A DNA stretch of 64,000 nt from the human T2T-CHM13v2.0 reference genome, Homo sapiens. The DNA lies in NCBI RefSeq assembly GCF_009914755.1, contig NC_060947.1. One strand, given 5' to 3'. Shown piece by piece: positions 1 to 13,596 of this stretch (positions are counted from its first letter, which is position 1; each line of letters opens with the position of its first letter). The translations under genes and the position numbers were made by a program. The notes beneath the pieces are model-generated. The model was not told where the DNA came from and did not search any database. It worked only from the letters and a program-made list of their open reading frames with translations.

Positions 1-1469
1 CTACTACAAGAAAACATTGGGGAAACTCTCCAGGACATTGGTCTGGGCAAGGACTTTTTGAGTGATGTCCCACATGCACAGGCAACCAAAGCAAACATGA
101 ACAAATAGGATCACATCAAGTTAAAAAGCTTTTGTCCAGCAAAGAAAACAATCAACAAAGTGAAGAGACATCCCAAAGAGTGGAAGAAAATATTTACAAA
201 CTGCCTGGCTGGCAAAGCATGAATAACCAGAATATACGAGGAGCTCAAACAACTCTACAGGAAAAAACTGAATAATCTGATCAAAAGTTGGGCAAAAGAT
301 TTGAATAGACATTTCTCAAAAGAAGACTTACCAATGGCAAACAGACATGGGAAAAGCTGTTCAACATCACTGATCATCAGAAAAAATGCAAATTAAAATT
401 ACAATGAGATATCATTTCACCCCTGTTAAAATGGCTTATGTTCAGCTTCCTCAAATAACTAAAAATACAGCAACCATATGACCAGTCATCCCACTGCTGG
501 GCATATACCTCGATATGGTTTGGCTGTGTCTCCACCTATATCTCATCTCGAATTCCCGTGTGTTGTGGGAGGGACCCAGTGAAGGTAATTGAATCTTGGG
601 GGCAAGTCTTTCCCATGCTGTTCTTGTGATAGTGAATAAGTCTCATGAGATCTGATGGTTTTCTAAAGAGGAGTTCCTTTGCACAAGCTCTCTCTTTGCC
701 TGCTACCATCCATGTAAGAAATGACTTGCTCCTCCTTCCCTTCTGCCATGATTGCGGGGTCTCCTCAGCCACGTGGAACTGTAAGTCCATTAAACCTCTC
801 TTTCTTTTATAAATTGCCCAGTCTTGAGTATGTCTCTATCAGCAGCATGGAAACAGACTAATACCTACCTGAAAGAAAGAAAATCAGTATATCGAAGAGA
901 TATCTGCACTCCTACATTAGTTGCAGCACTGTTGCCAATAGCCAAGATTTGGAAACAACCTAAGTGTCCATCAAAAGATGAATCAATAAAGAAAATGTGG
1001 TACATATACACAATGGAGTACTATTCAGCCATAAAAAAATGAGATCCTGTCATGTGCAACAACATGCATGAAACTGGAGATCATTATGTTAAGTAAAATA
1101 AGCCAGGCACAGAAAGACAAATATTGGATGTTCTCATTTATCTGTGGAATGTAAAAAGCAAAAGAATTGAACTCATGGAGATAGAGAGTACAAGGAAAGT
1201 TTGCAAAGGCTGGGAAGCATAGTGGGGGTCTGGGGAAAGAGGTGACGATGGTTAATGAGCACAAAAAATAGACAAAATGAATAAGACGTAGTATTTGATA
1301 GCACAACAGGGTGACTATAGTCTATAATAATTTAATTGTACATTTTAAAACAACTGAAAGAATATAATTGGATTCTTTGTAACACTAAAAATAAATGCTT
1401 GAGGGAATGGATACCCCATTCTCCACAATGTGATTATTAGGCATTGCATGCCTATATCAAAACATCTCA
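1..1469 (+). mobile_element. Old LINE-1 3' portion (L1MA-type), interrupted by a THE1 LTR and truncated just before its 3' terminus
   Basis: ORF2 C-terminal remnant (ORF 824-1042 ...[34 protein letters not shown]). The L1MA-type 3' UTR (gatagcacaacagggtgactatag...gcattgcatgcctatatcaaaacatctca) is homologous to the copy at ~46300-46608. Confidence 0.85.
511..865 (+). mobile_element. THE1 (MaLR) solo LTR, THE1A/THE1B-like
   Basis: Begins (c)gatatggtttggctgtgt and ends cagactaatac. 5-bp TSD tacct at 506-510 and 866-870. The host L1 reads continuously once the LTR is removed. Confidence 0.9.
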
Positions 1470-4400
1470 AAGATGGCCAAAAAGGAAGAGCTCTAGTCTG
1501 CAGCTCCCAGTGAGATCAATGCAGAAAGCCGGTGATTTCTGGATTTCCAACTGAGGTACCCAGCTCAGCTCATTGGGATTGGTTAGTCAGTGGGTGCAGC
1601 CCATGGAGGGTGAGTCAAAGCAGGGTGGGTTGTTGACTCACCTGGGAAGAACAGGGGGTCAGGGAACTCTCTCCCCTAGCCAAGGGAAGCCGTGAGGGAG
1701 TGCCACATGAGGAACAGTGCACTCTGGCCCAGATTCTACATTTTTCCCATGGTCTTCACAAACCACAGACCAGGAGATTCCCTCAGGTGCCTATGCCACC
1801 AGGGCCCTGGGTTTCAAGCACAAAACTGGGTGGCTGTTTGGGAAGACACTGAGCTAGCTGCAGGAGGTTTTTTTCATACCCCAGTGGAGCCTGGAATGTC
1901 AGAGAGACAGAACCATTCACTCCCCTGAAAAAGGGGCTGAAGCCAGGGAGCCAAGTGTTCTAGCTCAGTGGATCCCACCCCCAGAGAGCCCAGCAAGCTA
2001 AGATCCACTGGCTTAAAATTCTCACTGACAGCGCAGCAGCCTGAAGTTGACCTGGGATGTTTGAGCTTGTCGGGGGTAGGAGCATCCACCATTACTGAGG
2101 CTTAAGTAGGCGGTCTTCCCCTCGCAGTGTAAACAAAGCCCCAGGGAAGTTCCAACTGGGAGGAGCCCTCTGCAGCTCAGCAAAGCCTAGGTAGCCAGAC
2201 TGCCTCTCTAGATTCCTCCTCTCTGGGCAGGGCATCTCTGAAAGGCAGCAGTCCCAGTTAGGGGCTTATAGATAAAACTCCCATCTCCCTGGGACAGAGC
2301 ACCCGGTGGAAGGGGCGACTGTGGGTGCAGCTTCAGCAGACTTAAATGCCCTGCCTATTGGCTCTGAAGAGAGCAGCAGATCTCTCAGCACAGTGTTCAA
2401 GCTCTGCTAAGGGTCACACTGCCTTCTCAAGTGGGTTCCTGACCCCCATGTCTACTGACTGGGAGACAGCTCCCAGCAGGGGCCAATGGACACCTCATAC
2501 AGGAGAGCTCTGGCTGGCATCTGGTGGGTGCCCCCCTGGAACAAAGCTTCCAGATGAAGGAACAGGAAAAGGCAGCAATCTTTCCTGTTCTGCAGCCTCC
2601 GCTGGTGATAGCCAGGCAAAGAGGGTCTGGAGTGGACCTCCAGCAAACGCCAGTAGACCTGCAGAAGATGGGCCTGATGAGTAGAAGGAAAACTAACAAA
2701 CAGAAAGGGATAGCATCAACATCAACAAAAAGGACATCCACTCAGAAACCCCATCTGAAGGTCACCAACACCAAAGACGAAGGGTAGATAAATCCACGAA
2801 GATAGGGAGAAACCAGCACAAAGAGGTTGAAAATTTCAAAAACCAGAATGCCTCTTCTCCTCCAAAAGATCACAAAACCTCATCAGCAAGGGAACAAAAC
2901 AGGATGAAGAATGAGTTTGACGAATTGACAGACTTAAGCTTCAGAAGGTGAGAAATAACAAACTCCTCCGAGCTCAAGGAGAATGTTCTAACTCAATACA
3001 AAGAAGCCAAGAACCTTGAAAAAAAGGTTAGACAAATTGCTGACTAGAATAACCAGCTTCGAGAAAAAAATAAAAGACCTGATGGAGCTGAAAAACACAG
3101 CATGAGAACTTTGTGAAGCATACACAAGTATCAAGAGCTGAATCAATCAAGCAGAAAAAAGGATATCAGATGTTGAAGATCAGCTTGATGAAATAAGGCA
3201 TGAAGACAAGATTAGAGAAAAAAAAAGCCTCCAAGAAATATGGGACTAAGTGAAAAGACCAAATCTACATTTGATCAATGTACCTGAAACTGATGGGGAG
3301 AATGGAACCAAGCTGGAAAACACTCTGCAGGATATTATCCAGGAGGACTTCCCCAACCTAGCAAGACAGGCCAACATTCAAATTCAGGAAATACAGAGAA
3401 CACCACAAAGATACCCCTCGAAAAGAGCAATGCCAAGAAACATAATTGTCAGATTCACCAAGATTGAAATGAAGGAAAAAATGTTAAAGGCAGCCAGAGG
3501 AAAGGTTGGGTACCCACAAAGGGAAGCCCATCAGACTAACAGCAGATCTCTCTGCAGAAACCCTACAAGCCAGAAGAGAGTAGGGGCCAATATTCAACAG
3601 TCTTAAAGAAAAGAATTTTCAACCCAGAATTTCATACCCAGGCAAACTAAGTTTCATAAGTGAAGGAGAAATAAAAACCTTTACAGACAAGCAAATGCTG
3701 AGAGATTTAGTCATGCACCAGGCCTGCCTTACAAGAGCTCCTGAAGGAAGCACTAAACATGGAAAGGAACAACCAGTACTGGCCACAGCAGAAACATGCC
3801 AAATTGTGAAGATCATCGGCACTATGAAGAAACCGCATCAACTAACAGGCAAAATAATCAGCTACATCATAATGACAGGATCAAATACACACATAACAAT
3901 ATTAACCTTAAATGTAAATGAACTAAATGCACCAATTAAAAGACACAGAATGGCAAATTGGATAAAGAGCCAAGACCAATCAGTATGCTGTATTCAGGAG
4001 TCTCATCTCACATGCAAAGATACACACGGGCTCAAAATAAAGGGATGGAGGAATATTTGCCAAGCAAATGGGAAGAAGAAAAACTGAGGGATTGCAATCC
4101 TAGTCTCTGATGAAAAAAGACTTTAAACCAACAAAGATCAAAAGAGACAAAGAAGGGCATTACATAATGGTAAAGGGATCAATGCAACAAGAAGAGCTAA
4201 CTATCTTTAATATATATGCACCCAATACAGGAGCACCCAGATTCATAAAGCAAATTCTTAGAGACCTACAAAGAGACAGACTCCCACACAATAATAGTGG
4301 GAGACTTTAACACCCAACTATCAATATTAGACAGATCAACAAGAGAAAATTAACAAAAGTATTCAGGAAATGAACTCAGCTCTAGACCAAGCAGACCTAA

Positions 4401-7400
4401 TAGACATCTACAGAACTCTCCACCACAAACCAACAGAATATACATTCTTCTCAGCACCACATTGCACTTATTCTAAAATTGACCACATAATTGGAAGTAA
4501 AATACTCATGAGCAAACACAAAATAACAGAAATCATAACAAACAGTCTCTCAGACAACAGTGCAATCAAACTAGAACTCAGGATTTTAAAACTCTCTCAA
4601 AACCGCCCAACTACATGGAAACTGAACAACCTCCTCCTGAATGACTACTGGGTAAATAACAAAATTAAGGCAAAAATAAATACATTCTTTGAAACCAATG
4701 AAAACAAAAACACAACATACCAGAATCTCTGGGACACAGCTAAAGCAGGGTTTAGAGGGAAATTTATAGCACTAAATGCCCACAAGAGAAAGCAGGAAAG
4801 ATCTAAAATCGACACCCTAACATCACAATTAAAAGAACTAGAGAAGCAAGAGCAAAAAAATTCAAAAGCTAACAGAAGACAAGAAACAACTAAGATCAGA
4901 GCATAACTGAAGGACATAGAGACATGAAAAAAACCCTTCAAAAAATCAATGAATCCAGGAGCTGGTTTTTTGAAAAGATCAACAAAATAGATAGACTGCT
5001 AGTCAGACTAACAAAGAATAAAAGAAAGAAGAATCAAATAAACACAATAAAAAGTGATAAAGGTGATATCACCATTGGTCCCACAGAAATACAAACTACC
5101 ATCAGAGAATACTATAAACACCTCTACGCAAATAAACTAGAAAACTCAGAAGAAATGGATAAATTCCTGGACACATACATCCTCCCAAGTCTAAACCAGG
5201 AAGAAATCGAATCCCTGAATAGAACAATAACAAGTTCTGAAATTGAGGCAATAATTAATAGCCTACAAACTAAAAAAAGTTCAGGACCAGATGGATTCAC
5301 AGCCGAAATCTACCAGAGATACAAGGAGGAGCTGGTACCACTCCTTCTGAAACTATTCCAAGCAATAGAAATAGAGAATCTCCTCCCTAACGCATTTTAT
5401 GAGGACAGCATCATCCTGATACCAAGACCTGGCAAAGACACAACAAAAAAAGAAAATTTCAGGCCAATATCCCTGATGAACATCAATGAGAAAATCCTCT
5501 ATAAAATACTGGCAAACCGAATCCAGAGGCACATGAAAAAGCTTATCCACCACGATCAAGTCAGCTTCATACCTGGGATGCAAGGCTGGTTCGACATACA
5601 CAAATCAATAAATGTAATCAATCACATAAACAGAACCAATCACAAAAATCACATGATTATCTCAATAGATGCAGAAAAAGCCTTCGATAAAATTCAACAC
5701 CTCTTCATGCTAAAAACTCTCGATAAACTGGGTATAGATGAAACGTATCTCAAAATAATAAGAGCTATTTATGACAAACCCACAGCCAACATCATACTGA
5801 ATGGGCAAAAACTGAATGCATTCCCTTTGAAAACCAGCACAAGACAAGAATGCCCTCTCTCTCCACTCCTATTAAACATAGTATTGTAAGTTCTGGCCAG
5901 GGCAATCAAGCAAAAGAAAGAAATAAAGGGCATTCAAATAGGAATAGAGAAAGTCAAATTGTCTCTGTTTGCAGATGACATGATTGTATATGTAGAATAC
6001 CCCATCGTCTCCACCCAAAATCTCCCTAAGCTGATAAGCAACTTCAGCAAAGTCTCAGGATAAAAAATCAATGTGCAAAAATCACAAATATTCCTATACA
6101 CCAATAACATACAAACCGAGAGCAAAAGCATGAGTGAACTCCCATTCACAATTGTTACTAAGAGAATAAAATACCTAGGAATACAAATTACAAGGGATGT
6201 GAAGAACCTCTTCAAGGAGAACTACAAACCACTGCTCAAGGAAATAAGAGAGGACACAAAAAAATGGAAAAACACTCCATGCTCATGTATAGGAAGAATG
6301 AATATGGTGAATATGGCCATACTGCCCAAAGTAATTTATAGATTCAATGCCATCCCCATCAAGCTACCATTGACTTTCTTCACAGAATTGGAAAAAATAC
6401 TTTAAACTTTATATGGAACCAAAAAAGAGCCCACATAGCCAAGACAATCCTGGGCAAGAAGAACAAAGCTGGACGCATCACGCTGCCTGACTTCAAACTA
6501 TACTACAAGACTCCAGTAACCAAAACAGCACAATACTGGTACCAGATCAGATGTATTGACCAATGGAATAGAATGGAGGCCTAAGAAATAACTCTACACA
6601 TCTACAACCATCTGATCTTTTACAAACCTAACACAAACAAACAATGGGGAAAAGATTCCCTATTTAATAAATGTTGGGAAAACTGGCTAGCCATATGCAG
6701 AAAACTAAAACTGGACCCCTTCCTTACACCTTATACAAAAATCAACTCAAGATGGATCAAAGACTTAAATGTAAGACCTAGGACCATAAAAATTCCAGAA
6801 GAAAACCGGGGCAATACAATTCAGGACATAGTCATGGGCAAAGACTTCATGTCTAAAACACCAAAAGCAATGGCAACTAAAGCCAAAATTGACAAATGGG
6901 ATCTAATTAAACTAAAGAGCTTCTACACAGCAAAAGAAATTATCATCAGAGTGAACAGGCAAGCTACAGAATGGGAGAAAAAATTTTGCAATCTATCCAT
7001 CTGACAAAGGTCTAATATCCAGAATCTACAAAGAACTTAAACTAATTTACAAGAAAAAAACAACCCCATCAAAAAGTGTGCAAAGGTTATGAACAGACAC
7101 TTATGTAGCCAACAGACATATGAGAAAATGCGCATCACTGCTCATTAGAGAAATACAAATCAAAACCACAATGAGATACCATCTCATGCCACTTAGAATG
7201 GCGATCATTAAAAAGTCAGTAAACAACAGATGCTGGAGAGGATGTGGAGAAATAGGAACACTTTTACACTGTTGGTGGGAGTGTAAATTAGTTCATCCAT
7301 TGTGGAAGACAGTGTGGCGATTCCTCAAGGATCTAGAACTAGAAATACCATTTGACCTAGCAATCCCATTACTGGGTACATACCCAAAGGATTATAAACC

Positions 7401-7902
7401 ATTCTACTATAAAGACACAAGCACATGTATGTTTATTGCGGCACTATTCACAATAGCAAAGACTTGGAACCCACCCAAATGTCCATCAATAATAGACTGG
7501 ATAAAGAAAATGTGGCACATATACACCATGGAATACTATGCAGCCATAAAAAATGATGAGTTCATGTCCTTTGTAGGGACATTGATGAAGATGGAAACTA
7601 TCATTCTCAGCAAACTATCACAAGAGCAGAAAACCAAACACCACATGTTCTCACCCATAACTGGGAGTTGAACAATGAGAACACATGGACACCTGGAGGG
7701 GAACATCACACACCGGGGCCTGTTGTGGGGTGGGGGGCTAGGGGAGGGATAGCACTAGGAGAAATACCTAAAGTAGATGATGGGTTGATGGGTGCAGGAA
7801 ACCATCATGCACGTGTATATCTATGTAACAAAACTGCACGTTCTGCACACGTACCCCAGAACTTAAAGTATAATAAAAATAAATAAATAAATAAATAAAT
7901 AA
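1470..7902 (+). mobile_element. Near-full-length LINE-1, L1PA7-like, inactive
   Basis: 5' UTR starts aagatggcc. ORF1 remnants with start mutated to ATA at 2802. ORF2 ATG at 3872, EN/RT fragments, FADD codons at 5968-5979, ORF2 stop at 7671. 3' UTR ends cccagaacttaaagtataataaaa plus (TAAA)n tail. Many stops and frameshifts. Confidence 0.95.
3872..7671 (+). pseudogene. Disrupted L1 ORF2 (endonuclease/reverse transcriptase)
   Basis: ORF fragments 3695-4087 (MTGSNTHITILTLNVN...), 4110-4310, 4370-4906, 4924-5889 ([30 protein letters not shown]), 6073-6405 and 7120-7671 ([18 protein letters not shown]). Confidence 0.93.
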
Positions 7903-8030
7903 GGGAAGTGATAGCCAATGGCTATAGGTTTCATTTTGGGGTGATACAATCTTTTTGGAATTAAATAGTCATAATAGTTGTACAACTCTGAGTATACTAA
8001 AACTCACTAAACTTTACACATAAAAAAAAG
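7903..8030 (+). mobile_element. Old LINE-1 3' UTR fragment (L1MB/L1MC-like)
   Basis: gtgatagccaatggctataggtttcattttggggtgat...gtacaactctgagtatactaaaactcactaaactttacac resembles the L1MB-type 3' end. Confidence 0.6.
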
Positions 8031-8034
8031 AGTG

Positions 8035-8156
8035 ATCCCAACAAACATCTCTGGAATAGAAGAACCACCCAGCCAACCCACAATATGAGAAATAGTAGAT
8101 TGTTGGTTCTAGCCAATAAGTTTTGTTTTACTGTGCAACAATAGATAACTGAAACA
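8035..8156 (+). mobile_element. MLT1 (MaLR) LTR 3' fragment
   Basis: Ends gcaacaatagataactgaaaca, the typical old MLT1 LTR terminus. Confidence 0.55.
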
Positions 8157-8714
8157 GGAAGTTTTCTTTCAGGAACAAAAAACCTAATGAAAAACTGAGC
8201 TTTTGATAGCACTTGTAAAATAATAATGCGGAAACTGAGTATGGAATCATGTTTTGGAATCTTTTCTGTGTGAAACTAGCTTGTCTGTACAGAGACAAAA
8301 GCAAGATAATGGCCTCATTTGCAAGCAACAGAGATTGGAAGTCCCTTATTTTTAATAATAACTTCTCACATTCATGTAAGATTTGCAGATAACAAGGTGC
8401 TTTCCCATAAACTCCAACGCTAAGGGTGAAATCTTGGAGGTCACAGTAAGAATTTGGGAGTTTACGTAATATAAGGCCATAACTTATTCCTGGGCAAGAA
8501 TAATAAGATAAAAATCATATTTGAGAAAAAAATTTCTAGCATTCCTAAATAGGATCATTTGGAGCAAAGAATCTTGAAATTGGTGAAACAAACCAAATTG
8601 TGAAGCAGGTGGAGAATGCCAAGGCAAATAATGATAAGAATCTGAGTGACATAGTTGGAAAACTATTATAAGATTTATCATCTAATTAGATATGGTGAAA
8701 GAGAAGAGTGGCTC

Positions 8715-9239
8715 TGTCTTTATTTCCTCTTGCAGCTATAACAAATTACCACAAACTTGGTGGCTTAAAACAACACAGTGTGTTCTCTTACAGTTCTATA
8801 GGTAAAAAGTCTGACACAGGTCTTCCTGGGCTAAAATCAAGGTGTCAGCAGGGCTGCATTCATTTCTGGAGGCTCAAGGGGAGAATCCATTTCCCTGGCT
8901 TTTCCAGCTTCCAGAAGCCATCTGCTTTCCTTGGCTCATGGCCTTCCTTCTTCAAAGTCAGTAGCCTTGCATGTCTCCATGCCTTTCTTCTGTAGTCACA
9001 ACTCCCTCAGACTCTGACTCCTCTTCTGCCTCACCTTTCCACTTTTAAAGGCCCTTGTGATTACATTAGGTCAAACTAGATAATCCAAGATAATACTTCT
9101 ATTTTAAGTGAGTTGATTAGCAACCTTAATCTCATCTGCAACTTTAATACCTCTTTGCTGTGTACCCTAACATTCGTGGGTTTTGGAGATTAGGATGTGG
9201 ACATCTATGGGGGTAGGGAACACTATTATGTCTACCACA
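8715..9239 (-). mobile_element. MLT1D-like solo LTR
   Basis: ataacaaattaccacaaacttggtggcttaaaacaacac...gggctaaaatcaaggtgtcagcagggctg...gattaggatgtggacatct...tctaccaca. Confidence 0.8.
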
Positions 9240-9499
9240 AGTTTCAAGGGTTAGAATTCAGGAGCTCAAGTATTGCCACTGAGGATGATGGAGAAAATGA
9301 GAGGAATCCATTTGGATAGGAAGAGAAGGTTTTGCCAAGTTAAGTGGAGTGTCCAAATGGTAATGGTCCCAGAGCTGTCTTGAGGGTCTGGATCTCAGGT
9401 GACACATCATGATTAAGGACATGGGTTTAATGAGTTTTACACCTGCAGCTGAAGTCTGAAAGCCTTTAAGCTACTTGATCCTTTAGAGGCAGACATTTA

Positions 9500-9865
<366 letters not shown>

Positions 9866-11190
9866 TCATCACCTCTTATCTAGGCTCAACATGGGGCAAA
9901 CACTCATTCTTACAGAACTGAAAGAAATCAAAAAAAGTCCTAGAGGGGCCTGAAGATGGTGCAACAAAATTGCAAATGGGACCATTTAGCTGCTCCCTTC
10001 AACCACATCTGTCACCCAGATGTTCCATCTAACCACAGCACATGCCCACACCAAAAAGCCGGCATTATATGCTCCACAAGGTCTGTGGCCAGTGTAAAAG
10101 TGTGGAGGAACCCATCCACATGGCAAAGCAAGTTTGTTATTTGTGTTACATCAAAGCCAGGGCCTCAATGAATTACTGCCCTCTGAGGTCATTTAATTAT
10201 GATTAAGTGAACTAAGAACCAGTGTAAATGGCATTTATACTCCAGTGAATTAAGGTATGAGATATAGCCAAAGTGAATAAGATTTATGGCCCAAACTCAT
10301 GCAACCTTACAGTAATTTCATGACACTTTTACTATGAGGCAAGCGATGCCAGTTCTTGAAATAATTAAAAGTACATACCAGCTCCAAGGCTGGGCTTCAG
10401 GCATTTATGGGACGCCATGAGACAGAATAAGGAGCAGGTTTCTTTGTGACTAATTTACTCTAGAAAGCAGCAGCTGTTTCTTTTACCTGCAGCAAACATC
10501 TCAATTAGAGTAGGAAGATTGACTCTGAGCAAGCCATACTGACCCCAGGAGGTCAGACCACACTGCACATCTTGAGGAGCCAGTTCCTCCCCAAATAAGT
10601 CAGTCCGTCACCCAAAGGAGAAATGCTTCATAGACAAGTAGTTTTTCAAATCCCTAGGCTCATATACCACTGCCCTCTGCAGATCCCTTTATGCCCTTGA
10701 GGAGATTACCTTAGTCTGGGTTGCCATCCATGGAAGGCAAGGAATCACTGTCCACAGATCCCAAGGGAATTGGCAAAGTGGAAAATGGGTCAGCCAGAAT
10801 GTGCCCCATTTACCTTGGGCATCTTCTTCTCCATTGTCAGCCATCCATTGCTTTCTGGTACTTCTTCAGGGTAACGCACCAGTTGGTATCCTCCTGGCTT
10901 CTGATTTGGCACTCTACCTAAGGGATTCTGATCTCTTCTCTCCCATTCACTGAGTTGGGTCTCATGAGCAGATCCCAGAGTCAACCAGGCAAGGGAAGAA
11001 TTCCATTGTTTTTAGCTTTTCAGATTTCCAAATTAGGAACCTTCAAATTTGAGGATGCATCTTTGCCTTCACAATCAGTTGTATTCAAATATAGGACAAG
11101 CTCTTCTCTCCTTACAGCTCCTGACACTCATAATAGTGCCTCATTATATTAGGTGAAAGGAAAACAAGGGGATGGGGAAAGTGTTATTAA

Positions 11191-11574
<384 letters not shown>

Positions 11575-11740
11575 TAATCTCTGTAACTTCAATCTTGCCC
11601 CATTCTAACCCAATCTCCTTCTGCAAACAGAATAATTTTTTCAAATGACAAATCAGTTCAAATAATTTTCTACCCAAAACCTTTCAGTGGATCCTCATTT
11701 CCTACTGGATAAAGTGCATACTATTTTGTATGGCCAACAA

Positions 11741-11895
11741 CAGAGCTTCCCAACCAACGTGCCCTAAATGGATTACAGGTGTACCCAGATATTGATCCCT
11801 TCAGCCCTGGGGGAGAGGCCTGGGGTAGCTGAGCTCCAAAGACTTTTGCCTTAGGAAGAGCAGTGTTTTAACTTATGAAAAAGGTTGGAAAGAGT
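11741..11895. mobile_element. hAT-Charlie MITE (MER112-like) within L2-derived sequence
   Basis: Termini cagagcttcccaacc ... ggttggaaagagt are inverted; internal ttacaggtgtacccagatattgatcccttcagccct. Confidence 0.55.
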
Positions 11896-11957
11896 CCTTT
11901 CACAAATTTGGTGCCCCAATCCCTAATCTCCTACTTAGCTCCTAAATACACCCCCCC

Positions 11958-11958
<1 letters not shown>

Positions 11959-11992
<34 letters not shown>
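11959..11992. repeat. (CA)n microsatellite
   Basis: About 17 AC units, followed by an alternating purine-pyrimidine tract. Confidence 0.95.
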
Positions 11993-11996
<4 letters not shown>

Positions 11997-12026
11997 ACGC
12001 ATGCACATGCATGTGCATTCACATTC

Positions 12027-12181
12027 TTTTTTTAGAGACAGAGCTTCACTCTGTCACCCAGGCTGGAGTGCAGTGGCACGACCATAGCTCACCATAACCT
12101 TGAATTTCTGGGTTCAAGCAATCTTCCCACCTCAGCCTCTCAAGTAGCTAGGACTACAGGCATGAGCCACTGCACCTGGCC
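12027..12181 (-). mobile_element. Alu monomer (FRAM-like)
   Basis: Single right-arm-type Alu monomer with poly-T; flanking repeat acattc. Confidence 0.85.
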
Positions 12182-12220
12182 ACATTCATTTTCTTAATAC
12201 AGGAATGTATAGATGCTTCC

Positions 12221-12388
12221 CAGTGGTTCTTGAACATTATAATGCATCAGAATCACCAAGGGAGCAAATTAAAATGCAGATTCACAGGCCCTACTACAGA
12301 GATTAATATGTCTGGGAATCTGCATTTTTAAGAAGCAGGCTGTTCAACTCTGATGCAAATGGTTTGTGGACCACATTTGGAAAATTAC
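12221..12388. mobile_element. MER5A-like hAT MITE
   Basis: cagtggttcttgaac...gcatcagaatcacc...aaaatgcagattc...gggaatctgcattttta...tctgatgca; palindromic MER5 structure. Confidence 0.75.
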
Positions 12389-13244
12389 CGTCACTCTACA
12401 GCTACATGGGACCATATCATAATTCTACAAATATATCTGCTACTTCCTTTGTTTTCACCCATGTTGTTCCCTGTGCTTGGGATGCCTGTCCTTTTTCTTT
12501 TCCAGTCCTGTGCTTATAACTCATTTCCTCTGGAAAGCTTTCCCTGGCTCCCAAGGCCATGTTAGTTGTCCCCCTATTTTTTCACAGGCCCCATACTTCT
12601 TTTGCAGCACTTAAATGATTATCTGCCTGCAAGTCCCATGGGGGCAAAAATCATGTTAATCTTATTTACCATTTTATCCCTAACACACTAGAATATAACC
12701 TAGTTCAGGATAGACATTCAGTAAACATTGAAATTAATGTCTTGTCTTGAATGCAGGTCAAGAAAACCTAACTTCAGCTGACCATTTTAGATCTAGGTGT
12801 GATAACTTCTGTCAGTCTCAAGTTAGAGCAAGCCACCAATCTCCTAGAATTAGTAAGCTGAGAACCCAATTCTTCCCTATTTCCTAGTTTATATGATCAT
12901 TCCCTGTGCTTTGTAACAAAACTGCTGATGTTGCTTTCAAAAGTTTCACCTTCACCTTCTTTGAAAGAATAGCACCCCGTATCACTTCCAAGGCCCCAGA
13001 GGTACACCAAAAGACCTGCTTTGTCATTCCTGACACAGTTTTCCATTCACCAGCCTCTTGACAATGGCTTTCATTGCCCAGTATCCCTCAGAAATATTTT
13101 TCTTTCTTTCTGGCTTTCTTTCTGAATGGTTTTCTCCTACACCAACTAGGGATAACCTTTTACTGTCACCTAAACCAGAGAGTTGTGAGGCTTTCCTTGG
13201 GCCCTTTCACACTCTCTACTAGCAGGGGTACAGGCTTAAGGGCA

Positions 13245-13345
13245 GCATGGGGTTTGCCTAGGACATTCACAATTTTAACACTGAAAGTCCCCTATACCAG
13301 GAAAACCCTCAGTCCTGGGCAAACTGAAATGGTTGGTCAATCTAA
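13245..13345. mobile_element. MER81-like hAT-Blackjack MITE
   Basis: ggtttgcctaggac...acactgaaagtccc...gaaaaccctcagtcctgggcaaactg...gttggtcaatcta. Confidence 0.65.
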
Positions 13346-13533
13346 GTTTGCCTTTACAAGAGTAACTGGTTCTCTTACCCCTCAGAAAAGAAAATGTGAG
13401 CTACTCATCCATGGAGCCAATAGTGGAACCTCCAGTAGAGATTCCCCAAAACTGCACTTGACCACCATTTCCACAGTTATTGATGCTACTCCATCTTGAC
13501 TGTTTCTGGGATGTGCTGCTTTTATGTCTACAT

Positions 13534-13594
<61 letters not shown>
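13534..13594. repeat. Compound (TC)n(CA)n microsatellite
   Basis: Directly visible. Confidence 0.95.

Positions 13595-13596
<2 letters not shown>

Noticed and set aside
4924-5889. 321-aa ORF, the longest in the window
   Set aside because: It is a fragment of L1 ORF2 that stops before the FADD motif; the element has many disabling lesions.
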